DNA of 64,000 nucleotides from Tubulanus polymorphus (Eukaryota > Animalia > Nemertea): NCBI RefSeq assembly GCF_964204645.1, contig NC_134031.1, positions 6,076,001-6,140,000 on the forward strand. The letters are read 5' to 3'. This document shows positions 50,579 through 64,000 of this stretch, piece by piece. The position numbers were made by a program, and so were the translations under genes. The stretch's first letter is position 1. Every line of letters starts with the position of its first letter. Under the pieces are notes generated by a model that worked only from the letters and a program-made list of their open reading frames with translations, did no database searches and had not been told where the DNA came from.

Positions 50579-50918
50579 AGCCGTGATCACACGAAGGCAG
50601 TTTGGCCCGGGCCAAATTGGCACGGATCAGACTCAAGCCAAGTTTGGTCCGTGTCTGATTAGAGAGAGTGTTCACACGTAAACCACCCACTCAATACTAA
50701 ACAATGCTCTAACAAAGCAAAGCGAGTCATTTCCAGTATCAGTTACAATTCCTATATGCAATAATTTGACCCGTGCTTAAAATTGGCTTGAGCTTGGTCC
50801 GACGTTTTTGGTCGGGTCAAATTTAGCCCAGGCCAAACAGGGCTTATTTTGCACCCATGTGAACTGTTTTTCGGGGCAAAATTTGGCCAGGACCAAAAGC
50901 ACTTGTGCGATCTCGGCT
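50579..50918. mobile_element. MITE family AGCCGTGATCACAC...GTGCGATCTCGGCT; relatives at ~18640-18870, ~21036-21385, ~59860-60165
   Basis: Terminal inverted match and shared internal GGCCAAATTTGGC and AAACCACCCACTC.ATACTAAACAATG motifs. Confidence 0.65.
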
Positions 50919-51912
50919 AATATTTCAATGTATTTCAAGGTATTTGCTGTTAAGCACCCGTGTAGCTAGATATCTCGGTTAGCAGTGATAAGATAATCAA
51001 GCGCCCCAAAAACTCTCCTGTCAATATCAGAGCTTGGAGTAATCATTGAATGATGAGTAATCATTTCAATGATTACTCCAAGATCAGAGAGACCTGGTGT
51101 GTCATTCGAAGAAAAAAAATGCCAAGAATTAAATCGTGTTCGTTCATTTTCTGCCATTAGGGGTCGCCACCATCGGGGCTTTGTAGGCATGAGGGACAAT
51201 ACTAGTACCTCATTCGCGAGTGAATACGAGGAATTTAGTAACTGGTGGTGCTGAAACATTTCCGAGTAAAGTGAGAATTCTGGGGAAAATGGCCGTTTCC
51301 GAAATTCTCAGTAGGCCTATTCAACTATAAGTTGATTCGCTGTTCTGAAGAAAATCCCATCTTCAATGATATTTATCATATCTAGTCAAATCGATGTGGA
51401 AAATTATGCTTGACTTTAGTGGTGGTTGCAACTGACTGATGGAGCTTGGAGTTATTATTCCGACTGATTACTCTTCCAATGTCGTATGACGGACGGGAAT
51501 AATGGTATATGACCCAAATAAGCATCGGATTGAGTTTTAATATAACAAAGGGTCAAGCCTTTTACTCAACAGTTCAAGGACAATCAACGTCGACGGCTGT
51601 ATTTCATTAAGGGTAGATTAGTTTGACTAAACGACGTTCATTTTTTCGAAAAAAAAAAATTATTTCGGGATATTTATTTTTTCTTTACTGAGAGAATGCG
51701 TGTCGTAATTGTGGATGAAATTCACCGCCGCTGATTTGAAAATGGCTGCCGGATCAAACCATCTCGGTATTACAGGTCGATTCGGCGAAATATGCTTACG
51801 AAACGGGCCTTTCATGTGTGCGTAATTTTCGTGTAAGCGCGTCGGTTGAAATAAGAATAGCCAATTGTCATTGATTCCCGAAATCACTTGGCTGGAGTAG
51901 ATATACCAGTAA

Positions 51913-52001
<89 letters not shown>
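51913..52001. repeat. (AT)n microsatellite; others at ~56349-56398 (AT), ~53107-53128 and ~20330-20368 (GT)
   Basis: Directly visible dinucleotide runs. Confidence 0.95.
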
Positions 52002-52004
<3 letters not shown>

Positions 52005-52480
52005 CTATATGCGACTATGCTATCAGTTCAGTAGTATACCAAGCCCGTAGCCAGGATTTTGAAAGGAACGCTCTTATGAATTATAAAAGGGTGATTTTTG
52101 ACACTTTCGACACCCCAGCTGCGATGCTCAGTCTGCAGCCTACCCCAGAAGATTTTTTAAAACCTATTCCCCAAGCATCTATTGAATATCTTACTAACAC
52201 TCAAACTTTGGTCATTGGCATCGTATTTGCCTTTCAATTACGATACTGGTTGGACATTCTTTTTGGAATGTTACCAGAACGTGTCGCAATTTGAATAAAA
52301 ATGATTATTCAAATAAAATTACGAAGGGCACTTTCTGAAAAAGGGCGTGCATTCGTTCGAACAGACAAACTCGCCTGGCTACGGGCCTGGTATAGGCCTA
52401 GGTACAAATTCTCGAAAAGAAACGTTCTTCATAATTTCTAAACAGAAAATAGATTATTCCGATATCAAAAATGGAGTCTA

Positions 52481-52947
52481 AAGCTAAGCATACATCGACA
52501 AAGCGACTGGAGACAACTAGTTGCTAGTGAGCGAGTACCCCGCGCACATCGAAAATTTAGTAAAAACCAGCAACTGCATGGCTCATGCCAGTCGCTAGGT
52601 CCATAGCACACACATCGACAGCAACTGAGATGTTGTTTAGCAAATATTCTTGAGGGCATCACAAGTCACGTGACAAATAGCTTTGTTTTAGTCAGTTACA
52701 ACCATGTGTTGTTGATAATGGAGCGCTCACATCGAGGGATATGAGAGCAACTGAGTACAACTAGTTGCTCAAAAGTAGAACATGAGCAACTGGGTGGAAC
52801 TGGAGATAGATGGATGCTAACCAGTCGTAAGCTCGCTCACACCGACAAATTCGAGCAACTGATTGTATCCAGCCAGTTGCTCTCATGCGCCGAAAACTGC
52901 CTGGCAACTAGTTGTCTCCAATCGCAGTGTCGATGTGCGCTAGGCTT
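52481..52947. mobile_element. MITE with ~45-bp imperfect TIRs
   Basis: AAGCTAAGCATACATCGACA...TGGAGACAACTAGTTGC versus GCAACTAGTTGTCTCCA...TGTCGATGTGCGCTAGGCTT. Confidence 0.7.
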
Positions 52948-55900
52948 TATCTAGTAAATGATAAAAAGACCGGTCTCTATATATCTACTCGCCCGCGTGC
53001 GATGTATCGTGTGATAATTGAATTTTGATGCATGTGCATCAATAGTAATGAAATGGCTGCGCCTAGACGTACGTACTCGGCTATATACCGAGTGTATAGT
53101 TTACACGTGTGTGTGTGTGTGTGTGTGTATGCGGCGATGTATCAAGAAAAATAATGTTCCTTGTTCCTCCTAGATCTAACTACACTGGAGAGCACCGTCT
53201 GGATCGATACGTGCTATTTTTTGAAAAATACGGCGTACAAAATATTTTCACTCGCTCGCCGACTACGTTATTGTATTATCAGGAAAAGAGGCTGGTTATT
53301 AATCGCCTATGTATTACTGCTGGAATTGCTCTAATGATTCGGTACGCTATCGGCGTTTTCTGCTTGCCCACTGAGCGAGAATTTTGAGGTCATATAATCT
53401 TGAACAGACCTCTGTCGTCGTGTGTGTATAGTGTCTATAGTGTCGATAATAGCCATTTTCGATGTCGGTATAAAATAAAAATAAGAAATAAAAACAAAAT
53501 TTACGAAATAATGTCTTAGCAAACAAGCGGTAATACGTGTGAATTTGTTTTTCGCCGTTTGTTAATCGTGTACCGTACCTTCCGAGTGCCCGAGTCTACG
53601 ACCCATTAAACTATGCCCTTATTTCGTGAAAAAGAACACCCCCCTGGAAAATTTTCTTCATATCATTTATTGTCAGTTTTTCAAAGTATGTTTTAGAAAA
53701 TTTAGACTAAATTAGATTAAAAAATTTCTTGGGGATGACCAGCAGAGCCCCCGAAGATCCTCGATCTACTTGGTGATCCAGACCTAGACGAAAACTTGAT
53801 CGATTCAAAGAATTTTTCATCAATTAATGAGATGGAATGGAAATGTCCTTCATTTTGCTATTTCTGAAAGTAATAATCCTACCGGTATTTTGTGTTGGAA
53901 TTAGCTAATGAAAAATGTTTCGTTTTTTTGGTTTTTCCATTTTTGATTCACTAAAGACATTGTGTAATTAGGTTATTGTCTGTCTTTTAAATTGCAAGGC
54001 GGTGACACCAAATATAGAACTATTTGCAACCCTTCGTTTAGGAAATTGTATGCTTTCTTCACTTTCCGGTGAAAATAGTCCTAATTGCAAAATAAGTATA
54101 TCGCAATTACAAAATTGGCAATTTTTTCCGAATTTTCAACATATAGAAAAAACTTGAAATATAATCGACTGAATCGTCCTGATAGGCCTAATTATTTGGT
54201 TAGTACTTCTATCTGGATTACGGATACTTGCTTAGATGGGGGTTTGAGGGAGAGAATGAATATATATGTGTATATATGTATATACATGACGAGACATAGT
54301 TTTATAGGCACTGCATATATTAAATCAATAGCAGATATAGCCAGCATATAATATGTGTGCGTATGCGTTTGCCTGAGTGTGGTGGTGCATTGGAGAAACA
54401 GTTTCTTCAATGATAATATATTACGTAGACTAGCTGAGTAAGATTTAATCGAGTAAGCTAAAAATGAAGGTAACCGAAAGGTAAATTACCGGAACATTTG
54501 ATGTGATATAGAATTTAAAAAGTTTTCGATCAGTTTGAATGTTAATGTCTGGGGAAGAATTAAACGAATTTTATTTATTTATATATATATATATGAAGCA
54601 ATGTTGGTATTTGGTGACCTATTTGCTTGTATAGTGATGAATGTGTTCATATTTCATATTGTGAAGTTTTGAAGCATTTCGATGGGTACTCGGGATAGGG
54701 CCTATAGCAAAGTATCATTCATCAGTGTTGGTCAAAAAAGCTCTGTGGCCTCACCCCTTATCGTGAAAGTAGGCCTAATAGTCTTCGAATGGAACGGGAA
54801 AGGAAAATCCCCAAACAACTTCTCCTTGTTGCAATGATCAGTTACTTTCGATATCCTGTTAGACAAAATATTTTTCAAGCCAGTACAATGCAGCCATGGA
54901 ATTTTATTCCAATAGAAACCTGAGCAACCGAAATGGCTTTTTTCCGGATGAAGGGAACTGAAGGAAACTGTCGCTTGAGTAAGTGCCCTTTTATATTTTG
55001 TCGGCAAAGATATTTCGGGCATTTCAGTGCCCTTAGTACTGGTATTGCATTTTTGTGCCAAATTCCTTCAAAATCGACCTCTGGATCCGCCCCTGAATAC
55101 TCGCGTTGAATTCGCAGGCATTCATTTATGAAAATAAGTTTGGAAATTGTGTCGGATTATATGAAATTAAATGCCTAATGTCGTGTTGCAGCGATGTTGC
55201 TAGTTACAGTATTATAAACGAAGGAGATGCGTTGGCTGGCGTGGAATATGAAAATGGGATTGATTTTCAGTTCTGTTTTTACGGAATTACAAAATTACTG
55301 GTGAAATTCTCATTTTTCGTCGCGATATACAAACGAATACGTAATGTTTATCTTTTTCTGTGTATATGTGTGTGCGTTCGAGGGTTTTATATACAAATGA
55401 ATATTACACGAATATTATCAATTTGCAGTTTAGTTCTATATGGCATATAACAGTGTGCCTCGCTAATATACCACACAGTGACTGTATCGTGCAGTAGGCT
55501 ATGTGCGCTGTGTACTCTTGGCTTAGCCTCGCTCGCGGAGCAGCTCTCTTAGATAGCTGAATGAATATCCGATCTCGCGTTATGTGTGCTTGTGTCCGGT
55601 CGTGTTTAGGAAATGCTTATCAACTATTATTGTGTGTTGTGTTTTATCTTTTCATCACAACTTAAGGTAAAAATAAATTAGGAAATCTTTTTCATCATGT
55701 ATTGTCAAATATATTATGTGTGCTTCGGTATTTTTGTAGATAGATTTGCGGTGATGGTAGGGAGAGATCTGGCAACCTATGAAGCGTGCGTATAATGCAG
55801 GCTGATACTCTTTACGCTAATTGTCTATCTAGATTGATACTTCGCGAACGGTCTTTATGATAAACAGTCATTTAAGGTTCGTCGTTGATATCGTCGATCT

Positions 55901-56358
55901 GAATTATTAGGTTATTGGAGTTATGCAAGGTTTGTGGTTTTAGCGCCATATCGCGTTCGCGTCGTGTATGAAGAATCTTGATAACGAAAACGGTTTCTTT
56001 ATTTTACTATTTTCGTAGACTTAATAAATATGTCATCTTTTTAGCTCAGACTTCGACGCGGCTGTTCGTCTTAATTACAGACTATTATCGTCGTTCAAAT
56101 GCTGCTTCTCGCAATAAGATTCAACCTTGAATCAATGTCATCCTTTCACGACGAAGAAAGGCATTACGTTTTTCGCTTGAAATGTATAAACGAAAACAAG
56201 AAAACAATAGGGCTATTATTATTTTAGTCAGTAACCCGCCCGCGGTTTAGTTTCACGATCGGATATTTTGGCAAACCATGCGCGACGGTGTAAGCCCATC
56301 CGATTACGAAAGCTTACTACCAACGATTAGGTAACTGTAACTATGGCATATATATATA

Positions 56359-56405
<47 letters not shown>

Positions 56406-58972
56406 CGACACTAGTCTTTCTATTGCAATAGCTCTTTCCCTGTAGAGCGCCTGGCGACGGTTGCATAGTCATGACTTAGACTTAAGACCAATGTAAAACC
56501 AACTGAGCTCTATAGCCCATCTAACAACTTAAGACCAGTCTTAAGATCTAAGACGACTTTTGGACTTAAGCCATGGCTGTGCCTTACTTGCCCTTGTTCT
56601 GCTTGGATTTTAAGTTAAGATTTAAGATTGTTCGTTCACTGTTGGCAACACAGGGCCCAGTTTCAGGCACACAGTTTTAATAACAGCAATACTTAAGTCT
56701 ATTTCGAATATTGTTGTCTAGTGGCCATCCGATCTTTTTCGATAAGATCGCCATTTCTTTAAATAAAGCGTAGGTGTAGGCATTTTCGATATCCGTGTAT
56801 ATTAATGCCAAAGGTTGCATTCGAGAAATTGAAGCCTTCTGTATTAGAACTATTTCTCAACGTTGATATGCTTATCATAATCTTAATGTATTCCAACAGT
56901 AAGGCTATTTTACGTTAGAACTCTCACTGAAGTTAGGGTTTTAGATTTTGGCCCCCCTCCCCCCGGAAGAAAATGCGTGCTTTCGTGTGACTGTGTTAAT
57001 GCGTTCTGAGCTGAACCCAGAGAGCTGAACCCATAGAAAAATCAATATATATTTATATATATATATAATGAGCGTCTTATCAATTCTAGGATATAATCTC
57101 TGCCGTAAATAGACTGAAAATTGATTGGAAAAGCCAGGGGTTGTTCGTAAAGTATGTGGTCAATTTTTGACCTCCCCTCCACTAATCGACAATAGTGTCT
57201 GCCCCGCGTAAGTCTCAGCGAGCTATTTCGTTTGCTTCTCGTCGGTTGTCCGTCCGAGGAAGGAATCCCGTTGTTTTGGGAAGTTACGGAAGACACTTTA
57301 ATGGCTAGAGTCATGGTACTCGGTTTATAGGTGTAGGCCTATATTGTTATTTATGCACATTTTGTAACCATAATCAATTGTAAAATTGTAATATTGGAAA
57401 ATTTGAAGGTCATTGGATTCTGTATATGATAGGTTGCTGTTCACCAGGGAGTGTTGAATAGCAGAATAACATGGTATTTCCAAACATGGTATTTCCATTA
57501 TATATGCGCGTATGCATGTTACCAAAAATACATGTATTTTTCATGTTACCGCAATCAATTGCAAAATCCTAGCTCATTCATTACATGGTCTATGATTGCT
57601 ATATTTGTTCACCAGGGGGCGTTGAATATTGAAGTTCCATAAGTAGGCATGGTGTACCTGTACCCTTAGATTATCTAGCGCAATGTGAATTGGATGATCA
57701 CATGACTCTTTGACATCACTACCTCTGTATTTGTACCTTTCAGATAAGTGTTATCAGTTATTTTTTGGGGTTGGGGTTGCATCATATTAGACGGTTTACT
57801 GGGTTATTTCCCAAGATTCCTTGATAGCAGATAATGATGAATACGTTTCATTTTACCTTTGCCTCGAAAAATTGGTGCATAAATGAACAACGTATGCCGG
57901 CGCGCTTACTACTACTACCATGGTAACAAAATAGTCCGAGAGCCAAACCAAAAATTAATTTACCCCAGGGCTACTATTAAAGCTCATTGTCTCCTGTTAA
58001 CCCTGGCGCTGGGTAAATAAAAGACGGCCCTATACATATATTGTAAATGATATTATAGCTGATGCTCACATACGTTAAAATTATGGGTTTTCAATAGTAG
58101 CACCAGGTGATATTTAGTTTTTAAAAATCTTATTTATTTATTCATTCATCTATTATGGTGGCATGTGCATAAATTATAGATAGAAATGTAGTAATTGTAT
58201 CCAGTCGTCCTAATATCGACTTATTAATCACTTAATACGAAATGAATCGAAACGACTAGGTCCCCAGCTGCATCGGTCCACTGCCTCGAGTAGTCGTGCT
58301 GCCTTTACAGGGCTAACCAATGAGTTATCTTCATATTCATACATTAAAACTCGCTCTATCACATGATATAGATAGAGTGTTCCCGTAGAATTGATATGTT
58401 ACATGTTTGTTTCTCTGATCTTCGATATTCGAGTATAACTACATGAACTATGTTCCCGGGTGTGTCGGTCTGCCGCCCCGACTAGCCGTGCTGCATTGAC
58501 AGGGCTATATGTCGGCTTTCACTTTAGCGAAGTCCATTTCGCTTATGACCCTTTCTTCCTTTGGTACAAACTAACTAGCGAACAAGACTTTAAATTTTTC
58601 TTCAAAACATTCAATGCAGTAATAAAATCTCTAACCCTATAAAGTTTCGTCGGAAAGTGTTGCTTATTTGTCGATTTAGTTATTCATCATCATATTTATA
58701 AATTAAGATTAACTGTTTTTACATATAGATAGAGTGTTCATGCAGAATTTATATGTTACGATATCAGATTTCATTGACATGGTATCATGTCTTATATTTG
58801 AATGAATGAATGAGTGTCAAAATCTATATAGCGCCAATTTCATCCATCTATCCATGGATGAAATATATATATATATATATATTATAAATATTATATTATA
58901 CTATTAATATATTTATTATATATAATATTTACAGAAGAATGAAGCGTTAGAAATATTTGGTAGCCGAAGAAA

Positions 58973-61900
58973 ATGTCGACGGATTCATCATCGCCGACGA
59001 CGATGACAGCCGCCATGGAGGAAAGACACGTTCCTAGCTTGGCAGCGACAGACGCCGTCGACGACGAGACGGCGCGCGACGCGTGTTCGTCGTTGATAAC
59101 ACTGGTCGTCGATTGTTCGAACAGCGTGCACTCGACGACGAACAGCGTCGATTCGGGAATCGCTTTAAACGAAGACGTCGCAACGAACAGCGACGACCTC
59201 GCCAACGACGACGTCGCGCCGAGAGACGCCGACGACGGACGGGTCGCCGGTGAAGTAGACGACGTAGCGAATTCGAAGTCGGTCGCGGCGTCGTTGCCGA
59301 AACGGTCGCATTATCAATTTCGCTTTCTCGCGCGTCACGTTCAACGGAATTCGTACGGTGGAGTCGTCTACAAGTGCGACGTATGCGACGCCACGTATCG
59401 GCGTCGATACAGCTTGAAACGACATTTCGTACGCAGCCATATCAATCGGAAGTACGTTGCGGAAACGAAATCCGGCGAAGACGCGGACGACCCGATGGCA
59501 GCTACCGCGGAAGAGGACACCGCCGCCGCGAACGCCGATGAACCCGCCAAAGAAATGCCCGGTCTTTATCGATGTTGTCATTGCGATTTGCTGTTCGATG
59601 AACTCGAGGAAATAAAGGGCCATCATCTTAAACACGCGCGGCCGAACGGCAAAAAGACGTCGTCGTTGTCGTCGTTCACGTGTGTGAAATGTCACGCGAA
59701 ATTCTCGCGTCGTCAGAACTACGAACAACATTTAGAAATTCATTCAGGTGAGTGCGGTGCAGCTGAATCCTTGTACGAAGCAGTTGCTCAGGTGTGAATT
59801 ATCGTCGTTCTCTGATATCCGTTCATCTTGCCTCGAAGGGGTTCTTTCGGGCATATTTTTTGCTTGTACCATAAAACGTGAGATAATTTCGCCCGGATCA
59901 GGTCCGAGTCAAACTTGTCCCTCACCCAATTAGAGAAAGTGTTCAACCAATGTAATAGTGTAAACCACTCACTCGATATTGAATAATGCCATTACAAAGC
60001 GAAGGGACTCATTTGTGCAATGACCTGTGTTCAAATTTGGCTGAGACCTGATGTTTGACCTGGGCCTGGGCCTGGGCCAAACCTTGTACATGCCCATTCG
60101 GCACCGCGTGAACAGTTGGTGTGGGCCTAGTTTGGTATGGGCCAAAAGCCCTTGTGTGATTGCGGACTGGCATTTGACTTTTTGATGGCCAATATGATGC
60201 TCCGCATGTCAAATGTTAAGAGTCATGAATTGACAGTTGGGGTAACCTTACAGATGACCTTCAATATCCAACATGTTTACCATCAGCAGTGTTTTTGTAA
60301 TCTGACGAAATGAATGAGCTCATTAGATATTCATGTAACCGATTGGCAGCCTGGAACCAGCCTCTTCAGACATTCCCAACCTCTTCAGATATTCACCATA
60401 TTAGTTGAAGTCTTGACGATTTTGAAATTGTGATGATCAAATGATTGGTCAAGATATAAATGTCTTGATGAGAAGTCCTGAGTACTTATGAAGTCTGGAA
60501 GGAATGGTGATCATCTAAGGGTGGTGGGTCCATGCTGGCTGTAAGTCCACATTTTGGTTAACCCTTTCTGTGTGTCTGCACCACAGTGCAGTGTATAAAT
60601 GGGTGTTGAACTTTGCTAGTACACCGCATTGGGGTATATTGATATTATTAGTAATTAGTCATTATCTTTATGGCAGGACCTGTCAAATATAGTGAAATAT
60701 TAGTAACAAATGATACACCGCACCACGGTGTAAACACACTACATGTATAGGGGTAGGCCCATTAAAAGATGAACTGGCATGGAATTTTTCAAAATTTTCA
60801 AATTGCCTCCAGCCTTGGAGTAGTCAAATGATTACTCCAAGCTCCAGCACATTTGGGCAACAACTAGCAGGTTAACATTCTCCAGTTCAGGGTTAATGTT
60901 ACGATTCAACTTTTTTCATTTCAGTTGCAGTTTACCCATGCTCACAGTGCGAGGCGTCGTTTTCGGTGTCTATTAATTTATCGCGTCATGAACGCGAACA
61001 TCGCACCGGCAATTATCTCTGCGATTATTGCCCGTCGGAGAAACGTACGGTCGACGAACTGCGCGAGCATTTCGAATCGAACCATCCCGCGAAATATTAC
61101 GATTGTTCGTTTTGCGAACGGCGCTTCGTTCGCGGCTGCGAATTCGAATGCCACCTTTTCAAGGAGCACGACGAAACATTGGCGTCGAACGCGGCAAAAA
61201 CTAAACAAGACGACGCGTCCGCCGCAGTAACTGCGGAAACGAACTCGCTGGGCGGTAAATTGTCCGTAGACGACGGTGATAAAACGAGGGATAAGAATTT
61301 TCTCGAAAGTGATAATAGCGAATCCGATAGTGACGACTTGACGAATGATAGAATGACGGAAAAAGAACGTTTGATCATTCAACACAAGAAGTCGAGCGAA
61401 GGTAAACACCATAGATGGCGCCGCGGGTTCGCGTTCGCGTGCACGATCTGCAAAAAGCGTTTTCGCGATTACGCGCGTATGTGCGCGCATCGTCGCCTCG
61501 CGCACCAACGCCACCTGATACAACGCCGTCGATTCCAGTACAAACGCACACGCGTCGTCGAGATGGATCCGCGCGAACGTCAGAAACTCGAACAGTTCTA
61601 CGCGGGCGTCGTCGGCAACGTCGCCGAGAATTTGCGCTTGCACATCGACGGCGTCGCGGCGAGTCTGGCAAATCCGTCGCGTTTCTATCGCGTCGTTCCC
61701 GTTCACGATTTCACGGGCGCCGCCGCCGCGAACGACGCCGAGTTTTGGAAACGATTCAATTTCCGTTCGGATTATCCTCGACTCGTGTGGCGCCATCTAT
61801 GTCAGATTGAGGACGCGTTAAACTGTGATATTCAAATAAAGACCGAGCCGCCCGATGCGATTGATGAAAAAAGTCTCCCGTCTGCTGAAGATAGTAGTTT

Positions 61901-64000
61901 TGTTTCCGTTAAAAATGAACCTCCGGATTTTGAAGTTGATAACAACGACCTTCTGTGTTCACATAACATTCCGGCTACAAGCGAAAATGTTTCCTGCGAC
62001 GATAGCAAAAGCTTCGCTTCCGGTGCCCCGGCGATTGAGGAAGAAGCGCACTGTAGTCTGGCAGACGGACTACCTCTTCGCGATGAACAACCACAGCCTA
62101 GTAGCCCAGTGCGTGAAGAAATTACGACGAAATCCGAGCTAGAAGCTGCTGATGACGAACGTCGCGCCGAAGACGTAAAAAACGAGGACGACGATGACAA
62201 CAACGTTTACGAAAAAACGACTTCGGAAAAAATGTGGATCGACTCGATCCACGTGTCGGACATATCGGACGACGACGACGACCGAGACGAATCGGTCGAG
62301 GTGCATATATCCGATATATCGCTGGAGTATATATCCACCGTCAATAAGCTATCCGCTAATTTAGTGTCGAATCAGTATATGGCGCCGAAACCGGTCGAAC
62401 GGTTCTCGACCGGCGCGTACGCGTTGTCTCCGGTGAAATCGTTTTCGTATGTTCCCTCCGCTTACGTCGCGACGGGCGCCGCCACCGCGAATTTGGCGCT
62501 GTCCGATATTTCCGATGAGGATGACCGAAGCTCGCGCGGCAAAACGGACGACGTTCGACGACAACCGCCTAAACTCGAGATACACGTGTCGGATATCTCG
62601 TCCGACGAAGACGACGAATTCGCCGACGCCGTCGACGATCGCGCGCCGCCGTTTCTGACGCGATGTCCCCCGCCAACGGCGACGATGACGACGTACGATT
62701 TCATGTTGGCATCGCGTCCGACGGCGATGAAAACGATTCTCGATTACTCGTTGAATCCGGTCCGCAACGTCTACCCGATGTCGTCGGAGTTCGCTGATTA
62801 TCCGAAACACGATTTCAATTCGGCGCCCTCGCGTACGACGATTGCGGGTAGTTGCGATAAACGCGATGCGACGCAGCCGTCTCGCGACTGGTTCGATCCG
62901 GTATCGCGAAACGAAGGAAACGGCGGTCGCCGGTGGAATGCTTTGAACGATGAACTTACGAAAGAAGCATCTACTGGCGATACTAGTACGAAATCGGAGC
63001 CTCCGATGACTCATCGAATTAGCAACACGCCCGTTTCCGAATTATCGTTCAACGCTGCTGCCGATGATGGGGATGACGAAGATGATGATGACGGAGACGA
63101 TGATGTTAATTGCGAAGAAGCTCAACTCAACGGTGATCATGATGAGAAAACCGTTGATCGTTGCGTAATTCCTCAATCCGATCTCGGCAGTGTATCGAAT
63201 GAATGTGCTCTCGCGAAAGATGCCCCGATAGAACGCGATCAAAATCGAAAATATTCCGTGACGACATCTGATTCGGAACAAATTACCACCAGCGAGCAAT
63301 TTCAGCGTGAACTGGATCGTTCTTCATCTGAATCCGACGCGCGTAATGAAAATCATCTACAGCGCGAACGACTCGCGTATTTCAACCTGTGTCGGACGGA
63401 TTCGCCGCGCGCGAAAATCCCGTCGAAACCGAAAAGCGCCGTCGATAAAGCGTTGTTCAACAGTAATCCGTTGTTGCCGTTCGTATCGAAGAACTCAACT
63501 GAGGACGAGTCGAAACGCGAGGATAAGGATAAAGTCGCGCGGCCGCCCGATCCGATCGACGCGCATCAGAATCTTCGCCACTACGAAGGATTGGGCAGCG
63601 TCAATTCGCCCGTTCATCCGTCGTCGTCGTCCGAACGCCCGGAGGACGGCGTACGGTTACCGCCTACCCGTTACATGTACGACGACTACGACATTCGCGT
63701 GTCGTTCATGTGCCTCGTTTGCGACGCCGAATTCTCGAATTCGTGGGATTTGAGCAATCACCAATTGGACGTTCACGAGACCGTCGACTGTCGCCATATA
63801 CAGATGGAGAAAGACTGCTCGACGGACCTGCCGCGTTTCATCGTGCCGAAACCGTCGGTGGACGGCGCGTTGGACGGTTTGGGAAAGTTCGTGCCCGAGA
63901 ATCCGTATTCGGAATGTATAAACTGTACGAAGTGTCGCGAGACGTTCGGAGACATCGGCGAATTGCGCGCGCACATCATGTACTGCGCGACCGGCACGCG
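58973..64000 (+). CDS. Large multi-C2H2 zinc-finger protein, 5' part; exons 58973-59747 and 60925 to beyond window end
   Basis: Exon 1 fingers: YKCDVC...LKRHFVRSH, YRCCHC...HHLKH, FTCVKC...QHLEIH, then a phase-1 GTGAGT donor. Exon 2 is absent from the ORF track because it has no stop in the window; it reads YPCSQC...HEREH, YLCDYC...HFESNH, YDCSFC...HLFKEH, FACTIC...HRRLAH, a long acidic region, then FMCLVC...HQLDVH and CTKC...HIMYC in one frame. Confidence 0.88.

Noticed and set aside
51740-55670. Candidate promoter and non-coding first exons of the zinc-finger gene (AAAATGGC motifs, donor-like site at 55667)
   Set aside because: Plausible but cannot be fixed without transcript data.
60925-63997. 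Many overlapping Arg-rich ORFs on both strands
   Set aside because: Shadow frames of one GC-rich zinc-finger exon.

Overview
AT-rich, intron-rich animal genomic DNA (looks like a bilaterian invertebrate; species cannot be assigned from sequence alone). Four host genes could be reconstructed by hand from splice sites and reading phase. (1) The 5' end of a secreted thrombospondin type-1 repeat protein on the minus strand, with TATA/Inr promoter, signal-peptide exon and two TSP1 exons; it runs off the window start. (2) A complete 21-exon INTS5 on the plus strand (10221-30937). (3) A complete 7-exon TTLL11 on the minus strand (36708-47132). (4) The 5' part of a large C2H2 zinc-finger gene on the plus strand (58973 to the window end). 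Introns and intergenic DNA hold many mobile elements. The most striking is a 2.7-kb non-autonomous Polinton/Maverick-like element (AGTAGT termini, 6-bp TSD, ~1-kb TIRs carrying YY1/E-box arrays, a cryptic RING-like ORF and a LINE fragment). A full-length DIRS1-type tyrosine-recombinase retrotransposon with ITR/ICR structure sits inside a MITE in the last INTS5 intron. Also present: a Copia remnant, Penelope-type hammerhead ribozyme repeats, a repeat carrying a CTCF-motif array, several MITE families and a 59-60 bp minisatellite with higher-order structure. No CRISPR array, rRNA or tRNA gene was found.
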